A stretch of 64,000 nucleotides of DNA from an uncultured Clostridia bacterium (GCA_944375955.1 CALWBE010000016.1:9405-73404), one strand, 5' to 3'. Shown: positions 1 to 8,502, numbered from the stretch's first letter. The notes: a model not told the origin generated them from the letters alone. Translations and numbers: made by a program.

Positions 1-1
1 T

Positions 2-445
2 TTCGCTGCGGCAGAAGCGGCTGATATTCAGAATGAAATTATTAATTATGCTGATATCCCTGAATTCTCAATTCTCGGTGCCGTACCTACCGCCGAAGGT
101 GCCGCAGCAGAAATACCAAAACTAACCGGAAAAACAGTATCCGGTTCGGTTATACTTGTAACCGGCTGCGGCCGTGTCGGAAAACAGCTTTCCATCCTTC
201 TAAAATCCATGAACGCCGACGTATACGTCTCTGCACGCAAAAACGCAGATATTTCATGGATAGACGCTAACGGTATGAAGCCCCTCAGGACTTCTTGCAT
301 ATCTGACTGCAATATCGCTTTTGACATCATATGCAATACCGTTCCCGCCCTGATATTTGACAAAAAGACGCTTGAAAACCTCAAGGGTAATCCATCGATA
401 CTTGAACTCGCTTCAAAGCCCTACGGGGCGGGTTTTAAATTTTGA
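2..445 (+). CDS. dpaA: dipicolinate synthase subunit A (DpaA/SpoVFA), 5'/central part; starts upstream of the window and is interrupted at about 416-439
   Basis: The frame from nt 2 is open: FAAAEAADIQ...IPEFSILGAVPTAEGAAAE...VILVTGCGRVGKQLSILLKS...YVSARK...ICNTVPALIF...ILELASKP, then YGAGFKF-stop. It matches the SpoVFA Rossmann core (IPTAEG, GxGRxG, INTIPA, DLASKPGG) but lacks the last ~50 aa. Confidence 0.85.
   Translation, partial: FAAAEAADIQNEIINYADIPEFSILGAVPTAEGAAAEIPKLTGKTVSGSVILVTGCGRVGKQLSILLKSMNADVYVSARKNADISWIDANGMKPLRTSCISDCNIAFDIICNTVPALIFDKKTLENLKGNPSILELASKPYGAGFKF
415..439 (+). repeat. left junction repeat inside dpaA (candidate attL core)
   Basis: AAG CCC TAC GGG GCG GGT TTT AAA (416-439) aligns codon-for-codon with AAA CCT GCG GGG GTG GAT TTT AAA (18958-18981), 17/24 identical. 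It has an internal dyad AAAGCCC-N8-GGGTTTT (415-436). Confidence 0.6.
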
Positions 446-526
446 TAAAGAAAGTGAAAAACTCATTAAGTCCCGTTTTTCTTCATTGCGGTCAAATAAA
501 ACCGCCGCAAAAACAGCGTCAAGTTA

Positions 527-566
527 AAAGCTCCATCAAAAGGCAGAAGTCCTTTGATGGAGCTTT
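527..566. terminator. strong hairpin, probable bidirectional terminator (symporter 3' end / truncated dpaA ORF)
   Basis: GCTCCATCAAAAGG...CCTTTGATGGAGC, a 13-bp stem flanked by A/T runs on both sides. Confidence 0.6.
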
Positions 567-620
567 TATATAAAAATAATATTAGTATAATTAAATATTA
601 TAGACCAGCACGTGCCAATA

Positions 621-2234
621 TCAGTTCTTACCGAGGCATTCGGTAACATCGACTGTAACTTTTTCTTCGTAGCACTCAAACATTTCTTCTACAGATTTTC
701 TATCAAGCTTCTTTGTAAACAGGCTTACCAAAGGCACAAGAATCATTCCCCCAACCATGGCAAATACTCCGGAATACAGTGAGTTTTTAAATACAAATCC
801 CAGTATCCCGCCATTTACGCTTATTGCACCCAAAGATATCAAAAGCTGTATTATTTCAAGTACCGTGCCGTATGCAAAACATACTGCGACAGCTGCTTTA
901 GTAACTCTTTTCCAATAAAGTCCGTAAAGGAACGGGGCAAGAAATGCACCCGCCAGAGCACCCCATGAGACTCCCATCATCTGGGCTATAAAAGTAAAGT
1001 TAAACGTGTCCTTTACAACAGCTATAACTGCCGATACAACAACAAAAAATACGATAAAAAGTCTAAGGATAAAAATTGTTTTCTTTTCGCTTGTTATATT
1101 TTTGCCTTTTTTCTTTAACGCAGGCATTATGACATCAAGGGTAAGTGTTGAACTTGACGTTAAGACAAGAGAGGAAAGAGTTGACATTGATGCTGCAAGG
1201 ACCAACACTATTACAACTGCTATTATAATACCAGGCAGAGTAGAAAGCATTACGGGAATTATATTGTCATTCATTATTTTTCCGCCGCTGTAAAGTTTAT
1301 CTGCAAATTCAGGTGTGTCATACAGCCTTCCGAATCCTCCAAGAAAATAGCACCCGCCTGCAACTATTATTGCAAATACCGTTGAAATTATCGTTCCTTT
1401 TCGTATTGAGTCTTCATTATTTATAGAATAAAACTTTCCTACCATCTGCGGCAATCCCCATGTGCCGAGTGAAGTAAGCAAAACCACAAACAAGAGAAAT
1501 ACCGGATCAGGACCAAAAAACGATGCAAAGGCTCCCTGCATTCCGGCATCCGGATTTGCCGCGTCTAACGGGATCTCTGATAATCTGGTGTACGCCTCTA
1601 TGAATCCACCGTTTGAATTTAATACTGCTGCAACCACCGCAATTATTCCCAAAAGCATTATTATTCCCTGTATGAAGTCATTTATCGCCGTTGCCATATA
1701 TCCGCCGAAAATCACATATAATCCCGTAAGAGCTGCCATAACCGCTATCACTACCCAGTATGGTATTCCAAATGCCATTCCGAACAGGCTTGATAGACCG
1801 TTGTACAATGATGCCGTATATGGTATAAGAAACACAAAAACAATAACAGATGCCGCTATTTTCAAGGCACCGGAATCGTATCTCTTCTCGAAAAAGTCAG
1901 GCATAGTCTTGCTCTCAAGATGCTGTGTCATAACTCTTGTCCTTCTGCCAAGTATCGTCCATGCAAGAAGCGACCCTATAAACGCATTTCCCAATCCAAT
2001 CCATGTAGACGCCAGTCCGAAATTCCATCCAAATTGACCGGCATACCCTACAAAAATAACTGCAGAAAAATATGATGTTCCGAAAGCAAATGCCGTAAGC
2101 CAAGGCCCTACAGATCTACCTCCAAGCACAAAGCCTTCGACATCCTTTGAATGACGCCTGCAGTAAAATCCGACAGCTATCATCACCGCAAAAAATACTA
2201 TCAGCAGAGCTGCCGTTAAAATTTTTGTTTCCAT
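621..2234 (-). CDS. sodium:solute symporter family (SSF, PutP/PanF-like) transporter
   Basis: 537 aa polytopic membrane protein. The N-terminal GGRSVGPWLTAFAFGTSYFSAVIFVGYAGQ region is typical of SSF. Substrate unknown; the upstream Tyr T-box suggests tyrosine or a related compound. Confidence 0.8.
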   Translation of the reverse strand: METKILTAALLIVFFAVMIAVGFYCRRHSKDVEGFVLGGRSVGPWLTAFAFGTSYFSAVIFVGYAGQFGWNFGLASTWIGLGNAFIGSLLAWTILGRRTRVMTQHLESKTMPDFFEKRYDSGALKIAASVIVFVFLIPYTASLYNGLSSLFGMAFGIPYWVVIAVMAALTGLYVIFGGYMATAINDFIQGIIMLLGIIAVVAAVLNSNGGFIEAYTRLSEIPLDAANPDAGMQGAFASFFGPDPVFLLFVVLLTSLGTWGLPQMVGKFYSINNEDSIRKGTIISTVFAIIVAGGCYFLGGFGRLYDTPEFADKLYSGGKIMNDNIIPVMLSTLPGIIIAVVIVLVLAASMSTLSSLVLTSSSTLTLDVIMPALKKKGKNITSEKKTIFILRLFIVFFVVVSAVIAVVKDTFNFTFIAQMMGVSWGALAGAFLAPFLYGLYWKRVTKAAVAVCFAYGTVLEIIQLLISLGAISVNGGILGFVFKNSLYSGVFAMVGGMILVPLVSLFTKKLDRKSVEEMFECYEEKVTVDVTECLGKN

Positions 2235-2280
2235 TTTTATCCCTTCTTTCTTTTATTTTTTATGGAAGACGGATAAATGG

Positions 2281-2575
2281 AAAAAAATACCGTCCTCCGT
2301 TAAGAGGACGGAAAATAATCCGTGTTACCACCTCAATTTACCGATACGTTACCGCAGCGGCCTCATCAGGCACAAAAATCTCATGCCTTATTGCTATAAC
2401 GGGCAAACCCGGCGCAGTCTACTTTTCAGTACTCCATTAATAAGCCTATGGCAGTATCTGTTTTCGGTGCGCAGCTAACAGGATGTATTCGCTTTTGCCT
2501 CTTTACGCTGCCTTACACCTGCCGGAAGCTCTCTTTAGAAAATCAGCAAAGCTACTTGTTCCCGCTCATCGCTTC
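2281..2575 (-). promoter_or_regulatory. T-box riboswitch leader, specifier UAC (Tyr), controlling the SSF transporter
   Basis: The minus-strand leader contains GCGATGAG...AGTA, an AGAGAG box and a GGTGTAA distal loop. The specifier loop is GAA-TAC-A (codon complement at 2485-2487). The T-box is AAATTGAGGTGGTAACACGG; UGGU fits discriminator A73 of tRNA-Tyr. The terminator is CCGTCCTC-loop-GAGGACGG plus a T7 run. Confidence 0.75.
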
Positions 2576-2588
2576 TATATTGTTATGT

Positions 2589-2617
2589 ATTTTACACTTA
2601 AAAATCATTGTTGTCAA
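2589..2617 (-). promoter_or_regulatory. sigma-A type promoter for the T-box/symporter transcript
   Basis: Minus strand: TTGACA (2612-2617), 17-nt spacer, TAAAAT (2589-2594), about 15 nt upstream of T-box stem I. Confidence 0.55.
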
Positions 2618-2677
2618 GTACTTTTTTTATTTTATATATATTATTTTCTTTTTGAATTATAAAAAAATATTTTTTAC

Positions 2678-3586
2678 TTAATCTGAAAGCCTTAATTTTT
2701 TCATTCTTTTTTCAGCCTTTAAAAACAGTTCGCTTTCTACTAACGGCGCATGAGTTCCACAGACTTTATAATACTGCTCCGGACGGCATTTTCTCCGTTT
2801 ATCTGTTTTATAGTTTATTTTCGTTACAAAACCCTGAGTCAAATCTCCTTTATATGTGGGATTTGCAAGTATCCTCTTTATCATCACGGAATTCCATTTA
2901 TTGCTTTTTTGCCTATTGTCGCTTTTCATTCTCGACGGAGTCTTTATTCCGTCCGCAGTAAGTCCGCATGCTATGGCAAGCATGCTTTTTCCCGAAACAA
3001 ATTCAAGAAATATCCTTCGTACAACTCCCGCACAGCGTTCATCAGGTATCAAAAGATTTTTATCTTCTTCTGACTTTTTATATCCGTACGGTGCAGAGCT
3101 TCCTATAAATTTCCCTGCAGCTCTTTTGGAATCAAGCGCGGTCCTTACCTTTCTGCTTATATCCTTGGCATACAAGTCGTTAAATACAGCGCGGAACGGT
3201 ATCATGTCGTTTCCGTATCCGTCCCTCTCTGTATCTATCCCGTCATTTACCGCTATATACCTGATTCCGTTTACCGGAAAAAAACGCTCAATGTACTCTC
3301 CGGTTGCAATATAATCCCTGCCAAGTCTTGACATATCCTTTGTTAAAATAACTTTGAAATTTCCTTTTAATGCATCATTTACCATTCTCTTAAATTCCGG
3401 TCTTTCAAAATTCGTTCCAGTATACCCGTCGTCTATATATATTTCAGCTATCTCAAAGCCATATTTTCGGCAGTAATCTGTCAAAAACAACTTTTGCGAA
3501 AGAATGCTGTCAGATTCGCCGCCTGCTCCGTCGTCTCTTGAAAGGCGCAAATAAAGTGCGGCTTTATTTCCTTTCAATAAAAACAC
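2678..3586 (-). CDS. serine recombinase, large-serine-recombinase type (resolvase catalytic domain + recombinase domain) that ends before the zinc-ribbon/coiled-coil domain
   Basis: AALYLRLSRDDGAGGESDSILSQ contains the catalytic Ser motif of TnpX/TndX/SpoIVCA-like LSRs. DDGYTGTNFERPEFKRM, LTKDMSRLGRDY, IAVNDGIDT, SAPYGYKK and THAPLVESELF mark the recombinase domain. At 302 aa it is short of the ~450-550 aa typical for LSRs. The likely start is TTG at 3577 (GGGAGG SD 8 nt upstream) rather than GTG at 3586. Confidence 0.8.
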   Translation of the reverse strand: MFLLKGNKAALYLRLSRDDGAGGESDSILSQKLFLTDYCRKYGFEIAEIYIDDGYTGTNFERPEFKRMVNDALKGNFKVILTKDMSRLGRDYIATGEYIERFFPVNGIRYIAVNDGIDTERDGYGNDMIPFRAVFNDLYAKDISRKVRTALDSKRAAGKFIGSSAPYGYKKSEEDKNLLIPDERCAGVVRRIFLEFVSGKSMLAIACGLTADGIKTPSRMKSDNRQKSNKWNSVMIKRILANPTYKGDLTQGFVTKINYKTDKRRKCRPEQYYKVCGTHAPLVESELFLKAEKRMKKLRLSD

Positions 3587-3622
3587 CTCCCGAAAAAGCT
3601 CTTTATATACTTATTCGGGAGG
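3586..3622 (-). terminator. hairpin + T-run after proX; its 3' arm contains the recombinase SD
   Basis: Minus strand: CCTCCCGAA-19 nt-TTCGGGAGG followed by TGTTTTTATTG. The GGGAGG in the 3' arm is the only SD for the recombinase TTG/GTG start. Confidence 0.5.
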
Positions 3623-3653
3623 CTTATTTTTAATTCGCGAAAGTAAAACCTTA

Positions 3654-4202
3654 TCAAAGATCTACTACAGTATATGTATGCTTCATGGCAGGTATTATCT
3701 TTTCAATCATATCAAATGTTCGTATACGCAGGCTTGATGTGTTGACACACGGATGGCAACCTATATATTCGCTATTCAGAACATCTCTGTCAATCAGCAG
3801 TCGTACTTTTCCATTTTTGTCATTCATCAGTCCCATAACACTTACCGACCCGGGCGTTACGCCGAGATATTCCTGCATATGTCCGCTGTCCGCAAACGAC
3901 AGCCTTGATGATGATATCTGTGCTGAAAGATCCTTTGTCTTAAAAATCTTATCCTCAGGTATCATAAGCAAATAAAATGATGTCTGCTGTCTGTTGCATA
4001 AAAACAAATTCTTACATATAACTGCATCTAATACCTCATCTATATCCCTGCACACTTCCATTGTCATTGCCGGATCGTGATCAGCACGCCGGTATGAAAT
4101 TCCGAGAGCGTCTAAAAAATCGTATACCCTCATTTCTGTTTCACTGCGTCCTTTTGAATCTAAAGGCCGTCCCTCACACATTTCTATTTTCATTTTTATC
4201 AT
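3654..4202 (-). CDS. YbaK/ProX-type aminoacyl-tRNA editing (prolyl-tRNA synthetase-associated) domain protein
   Basis: VYDFLDALGISYRRADHDPAMTMEV...CKNLFLCNRQ...LGVTPGSVSVMGL...IGCHPCVNTSSL matches the ProX/YbaK fold family. The best-supported start is ATG 4193 (AAGGA 8 nt upstream). Confidence 0.7.
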   Translation of the reverse strand: MIKMKIEMCEGRPLDSKGRSETEMRVYDFLDALGISYRRADHDPAMTMEVCRDIDEVLDAVICKNLFLCNRQQTSFYLLMIPEDKIFKTKDLSAQISSSRLSFADSGHMQEYLGVTPGSVSVMGLMNDKNGKVRLLIDRDVLNSEYIGCHPCVNTSSLRIRTFDMIEKIIPAMKHTYTVVDL

Positions 4203-4632
4203 CCTTATACTTTTTTGTATTTTTTTCTTTTTTATCTTTTCGTTTTATTTTCCATGCATCTTTTTTTATCTTTGCTCTTTCATGCAATTCATGGAGCAGT
4301 CCCAGCGTTTTTTTATCATCCGGAAATATTTTTTTCATAATCAGTATCGATATTGCAATTGTGATTATCTTCTCCGGTGTCATAGGTATCCATAAAAATG
4401 CAATATATGCTCCGGAAACGGCAATCATCCAATGTATTTGAAAAACCGTTCCAAGACCCATCATCAAATATGACCAGCCATTTGTTATAAACCACGCTAT
4501 TCCGAAACATAATAAAAAACGAGGATTAGCTACTAAATAAAACGCTTTTTTCAATATATTTTCAAGGCTTTGCCATTTTATTCTTTTTTTCGTTTTATTT
4601 TTATATGAATCTGAATTTTTTTTTGTTTTCAA
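4174..4632 (-). CDS. hypothetical small membrane protein with Lys-rich termini
   Basis: 152 aa with 2-3 hydrophobic segments (FLLCFGIAWFITNGWSYLMMGLG, IAVSGAYIAFLWIP). No recognisable family. Confidence 0.45.
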   Translation of the reverse strand: MKTKKNSDSYKNKTKKRIKWQSLENILKKAFYLVANPRFLLCFGIAWFITNGWSYLMMGLGTVFQIHWMIAVSGAYIAFLWIPMTPEKIITIAISILIMKKIFPDDKKTLGLLHELHERAKIKKDAWKIKRKDKKEKNTKKYKDDKNENRNV

Positions 4633-4857
4633 AAAGTATTCTTCCTTTTTCTTCGGTATAATATATATATAATGTATTTATACTGTCTTTTTTATTTTTA
4701 TTATATATTATATACTTTGAAATTTCAACATAAATATTAAGTTTTTTCTATCTTCCGAAGATTTTTAAAATTAAGCTATTATTTGCTCTTCTTTTATTGT
4801 TATATCATTTATGATATTACTCTATACTTTTTTAATTATTCCCAAACTCTTATAAGA

Positions 4858-4875
4858 TTGTTAAAATAATAACAA
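4858..4875. promoter_or_regulatory. candidate Rex (redox-sensing repressor) operator upstream of adhE
   Basis: TTGTTAAAATAATAACAA matches the clostridial Rex consensus TTGTTAA-N4-TTAACAA at 13 of its 14 specified positions, 126 nt upstream of the adhE ATG. No rex gene is present in the window. Confidence 0.55.
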
Positions 4876-5000
4876 AGATAAAGCACATTAGGGCGTAATT
4901 GCATTATTGCATTGGTTATAAAGAATATTAATAAAGCTTTAAATGTACTTTTATCAGAAAAGTCAACAAATATATTATAATAAAATGGAGGAACATCATA

Positions 5001-7709
5001 ATGTCAGCACAGTATGAAATCGTCGACAGCGTTGAAAAACTTGAACAGGCTATTGCGAAAGTTAGAAAAGCACAACAGATTTTCGCTACCTATACGCAGG
5101 AACAGGTAGACAAAATTTTTCTTGCCGCTGCGACAGCTGCAAACAAAGCGCGTATACCGCTTGCAAAATTTGCGGTAGAAGAAACAGGTATGGGAGTAGT
5201 TGAAGATAAGGTCATTAAAAATCATTATGCTTCCGAATATATTTACAACGCCTACAAAAACACTAAAACCTGTGGAGTAATCGAGGAAGACAAAGCATAT
5301 GGAATTAAGAAAATTGCAGAACCCGTCGGTGTTATCTGCGCTGTTATTCCGACTACCAATCCAACTTCCACTGCTATTTTTAAAACGCTTATATCGCTCA
5401 AGACACGCAACGGAATTATTATAAGTCCTCATCCGCGTGCAAAACAGTCTACTATTGCTGCTGCAAAGGTAGTCCTTGAAGCTGCAGTAGCTGCTGGAGC
5501 TCCCGATGGAATAATCAGCTGGATAGATATCCCCTCTCTCGAAATGACTAATCTTCTCATGAAAGAAGCAGATATAATTCTTGCAACAGGCGGACCCGGA
5601 ATGGTAAAAGCCGCTTATTCTAGCGGAAAGCCTGCTGTAGGTGTCGGAGCCGGAAATACTCCCGCTATAATCGACGATACGGCCGATATTCTGCTCGCTG
5701 TAAACTCTATCATACATTCAAAAACATTTGACAACGGTATGATATGCGCTTCCGAGCAGTCTGTTATCGTTCTTGAATCTATTTATGACGCCGTTAAAGA
5801 AGAATTCGCTTCACGCGGATGCTATTTCTTAAATCCCGAAGAAACAGAAAAAGTCCGCAAAACTATTATCATTAACGGCGCTCTCAATGCTAAAATAGTA
5901 GGTCAAAAGGCTGCCACCATTGCCAAACTTGCAGGAGTAACGGTTCCGGAAGGCACTAAAATAATTATCGGAGAAGTAGAAAGCGTCGATCTTTCTGAAG
6001 AATTTGCTCATGAAAAACTCTCCCCCGTTCTTGCAATGTATAAGGCAAAAGATATACACGATGCGTTCGAAAAAGCCGAAAGACTTATAGCGGACGGCGG
6101 TTATGGTCACACATCTTCTATTTATCTAAATGCAGTTACGGAAAAAGAAAAGCTTGATGAATTTGCATCTCGCATGAAAACCTGTCGTATACTTGTCAAT
6201 ACTCCCTCTTCCCAGGGCGGTATCGGAGATCTTTACAACTTTAAACTTGCGCCTTCACTTACCCTCGGATGCGGCTCTTGGGGCGGAAACAGTGTTTCTG
6301 AAAACGTTGGCGTAAAACATCTCATTAACATTAAAACCGTTGCCGAGAGGAGAGAAAATATGCTTTGGTTCCGTGCACCTGAAAAAATATATATCAAAAA
6401 AGGCTGTCTGCCGGTCGCCCTTGAGGAACTCAGATCGGTTATGGGCAAAAAACGTGCTTTTATCGTCACTGACAGCTTCCTTTATAAAAACGGATATACG
6501 AAACCTATTACTGATAAACTCGAAGAAATGGGCATCGCTTATACCACTTTCTCAGACGTCGCTCCAGATCCTACACTCGCTTGCGCTAAGGCCGGTGCCG
6601 AACTCATGAGATCCTTCGCTCCTGACTGCATTATTGCTATCGGAGGCGGTTCAGCTATGGATGCCGGAAAAATTATGTGGGTGCTTTATGAACATCCCGA
6701 AGCTGACTTCATGGATATGGCTATGCGCTTCGTTGATATCCGCAAGAGAATTTATACATTCCCGAAAATGGGTGAAAAAGCTTACTTTATCGCCATTCCT
6801 ACTTCAGCAGGTACCGGCTCTGAAGTTACTCCTTTTGCTGTTATAACAGATGAAAAATCCGGCGTTAAATATCCTCTCGCCGATTATGAGCTTCTTCCTA
6901 AAATGGCTATTATTGATGCCGACTTCCATATGACTGCTCCTAAAGGACTTACTGCAGCCTCCGGTATTGATGCTGTTACTCACGCGCTTGAAGCATATGC
7001 TTCTGTAATGGCGACGGATTATACCGATTCTCTCGCTCTGCGCGCTCTTAAAGTTATTTTCGAATATCTTCCTATTGCTTATGAAAACGGTCCCAACGAT
7101 CCTGTCGCTCGTGAAAAAATGGCGAATGCCGCTACTATGGCAGGTATGGCATTTGCTAATGCTTTCCTCGGTGTATGCCACTCGATGGCTCATAAGCTCG
7201 GTGCATTCCATCACCTGCCTCACGGTGTAGCAAATGCCTTAATGATCGATGAGGTACTGCGTTTCAATGCAGCTGAAACCCCTGTTAAAATGGGAACTTT
7301 CTCTCAGTATGATCATCCTCATACTCTCGCGCGCTATGCAGAAGTAGCCGACTATCTCGGAATTCCCGGAAAAACCGACAGTGAAAAACTTGAAAATCTT
7401 ATTGCAGCAATCGATGAACTGAAAGTTAAGGTTGGTATAAAACCGACAATAAAAGATTATGTCGCAGATGAAAAAGACTTCCTCGATCGTCTTGATGAAA
7501 TGACTGAACAGGCATTTGACGACCAATGCACCGGCGCAAATCCGCGTTATCCGCTTATGAGCGAAATAAAACAAATGTATCTTAATGCTTATTACGGCAA
7601 AAAATTTGTGGAACTTCCTACTCCGGATGAACGTCAACTTGAATCAAATGATGATGCGCATGATATCAAAAAGCCCTACCGCAAAGCAAAAAACGGCATG
7701 AAGAAATAA
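5001..7709 (+). CDS. adhE: bifunctional acetaldehyde-CoA/alcohol dehydrogenase AdhE
   Basis: 902 aa. It has an N-terminal ALDH domain (PTTNPTSTAIFK, MICASEQS) plus a C-terminal Fe-ADH domain (GGGSAMDAGK, HSMAHKLG). RBS GGAGG lies upstream. Confidence 0.95.
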   Translation: MSAQYEIVDSVEKLEQAIAKVRKAQQIFATYTQEQVDKIFLAAATAANKARIPLAKFAVEETGMGVVEDKVIKNHYASEYIYNAYKNTKTCGVIEEDKAYGIKKIAEPVGVICAVIPTTNPTSTAIFKTLISLKTRNGIIISPHPRAKQSTIAAAKVVLEAAVAAGAPDGIISWIDIPSLEMTNLLMKEADIILATGGPGMVKAAYSSGKPAVGVGAGNTPAIIDDTADILLAVNSIIHSKTFDNGMICASEQSVIVLESIYDAVKEEFASRGCYFLNPEETEKVRKTIIINGALNAKIVGQKAATIAKLAGVTVPEGTKIIIGEVESVDLSEEFAHEKLSPVLAMYKAKDIHDAFEKAERLIADGGYGHTSSIYLNAVTEKEKLDEFASRMKTCRILVNTPSSQGGIGDLYNFKLAPSLTLGCGSWGGNSVSENVGVKHLINIKTVAERRENMLWFRAPEKIYIKKGCLPVALEELRSVMGKKRAFIVTDSFLYKNGYTKPITDKLEEMGIAYTTFSDVAPDPTLACAKAGAELMRSFAPDCIIAIGGGSAMDAGKIMWVLYEHPEADFMDMAMRFVDIRKRIYTFPKMGEKAYFIAIPTSAGTGSEVTPFAVITDEKSGVKYPLADYELLPKMAIIDADFHMTAPKGLTAASGIDAVTHALEAYASVMATDYTDSLALRALKVIFEYLPIAYENGPNDPVAREKMANAATMAGMAFANAFLGVCHSMAHKLGAFHHLPHGVANALMIDEVLRFNAAETPVKMGTFSQYDHPHTLARYAEVADYLGIPGKTDSEKLENLIAAIDELKVKVGIKPTIKDYVADEKDFLDRLDEMTEQAFDDQCTGANPRYPLMSEIKQMYLNAYYGKKFVELPTPDERQLESNDDAHDIKKPYRKAKNGMKK

Positions 7710-7716
7710 GATATAA

Positions 7717-8481
7717 GTGAGGAGAACGAACATGAAACTTGACAGAGTTATTGCAGTTAGAAACAACAAAACCGTATACCGCGACGGCGATAAATGTATC
7801 AAAGTGTTTAACGAAGAATATTCAAAAGCTGACGTTCTCAACGAAGCTCTTAATCAGGCTCGTATTGAAGAGACCGGCTTGCTTATTCCGAGAATTCTTG
7901 AAGTTACCATGATAGACGGGAAATGGGCTATTGTATCTGATTATATTAAAGGAAAAACTCTTGCACAGATTATGCAGGAGGATCCTGATAACAAAAACAA
8001 ATATATTGAGCAGCTTGTTGATCTACAGATTTTGATGCATTCAAAAACCTGCCCGCTTCTTAACAAGCTGAAAGATAAAATGAACCGCAAGATAAGTCAG
8101 GCTGAACTTGACGCAACGACACGTTATGATCTTCATACGCGCCTTGAAGGAATGCCTAAACACAACAAAGTTTGTCATGGCGACTTTAACCCCTCAAATA
8201 TTATTGTCGACGAAAACGGCAAAATGTATATTATTGACTGGGCGCATGCGACTCAAGGTAATGCTTCCGCCGATGCTGCAAGAACTTACCTGCTCTTCTG
8301 GCTGGACGGCGACATTGAAAGCGCAAACACATATCTTGATCTTTTCTGCAAAAAGAGCGATACGGCAAAACAATATGTTCAGAAATGGATGCCTATTGTC
8401 GCTGCTTCTCAGTCTGTAAAAGGCAATCAAAAAGAGCGCGAGTTTCTGCTTTCATGGGTAGATGTCGTTGATTATGAATAA
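7717..8481 (+). CDS. APH/choline-kinase-fold phosphotransferase (protein-kinase-like)
   Basis: HGDFNPSNIIVDENGKMYIIDW carries the HxDxxxxN catalytic loop plus the IDW metal-binding motif of the aminoglycoside phosphotransferase/ChoK family. It starts 8 nt after adhE. Confidence 0.7.
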   Translation: MRRTNMKLDRVIAVRNNKTVYRDGDKCIKVFNEEYSKADVLNEALNQARIEETGLLIPRILEVTMIDGKWAIVSDYIKGKTLAQIMQEDPDNKNKYIEQLVDLQILMHSKTCPLLNKLKDKMNRKISQAELDATTRYDLHTRLEGMPKHNKVCHGDFNPSNIIVDENGKMYIIDWAHATQGNASADAARTYLLFWLDGDIESANTYLDLFCKKSDTAKQYVQKWMPIVAASQSVKGNQKEREFLLSWVDVVDYE

Positions 8482-8502
8482 TTATTTTCGGAGGATATAC
8501 AA

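Noticed and set aside
46-384. 112-aa ORF on the minus strand inside the dpaA 5' fragment
   Set aside because: It is antisense to a region with clear DpaA homology. It has no family resemblance, RBS or promoter, so it is a shadow ORF.
1006-2440. Several plus-strand ORFs (1006-1293, 1462-2037, 2147-2440) and a nested minus-strand ORF (1915-2103)
   Set aside because: All lie inside or antisense to the SSF transporter gene or its T-box leader. Their translations are low-complexity. They are shadow ORFs.
3671-3680. CATACATAT on the minus strand ~90 nt upstream of the recombinase, resembling the sigma-E/sigma-K -10 element (CATACA-T / CATA---TA)
   Set aside because: A 6-8-mer of this composition is expected many times by chance in 64 kb of AT-rich DNA. 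It lies inside the proX coding region, and I could not pair it with a convincing -35. It is not reportable as a promoter, though it is worth re-examining if excision is shown to be sporulation-specific.
4887-4915. Short tandem AATTGCATT-ATTGCATT motif upstream of adhE
   Set aside because: There are only two copies of an 8-mer in AT-rich promoter DNA. There is no basis to call it a binding site.
5004-7637. Minus-strand ORFs of 93-237 aa within adhE (5004-5717, 5829-6110, 6804-7223, 7239-7637)
   Set aside because: They are antisense to a full-length, strongly conserved AdhE. Their sequences are Ser/Phe/Cys-rich nonsense.
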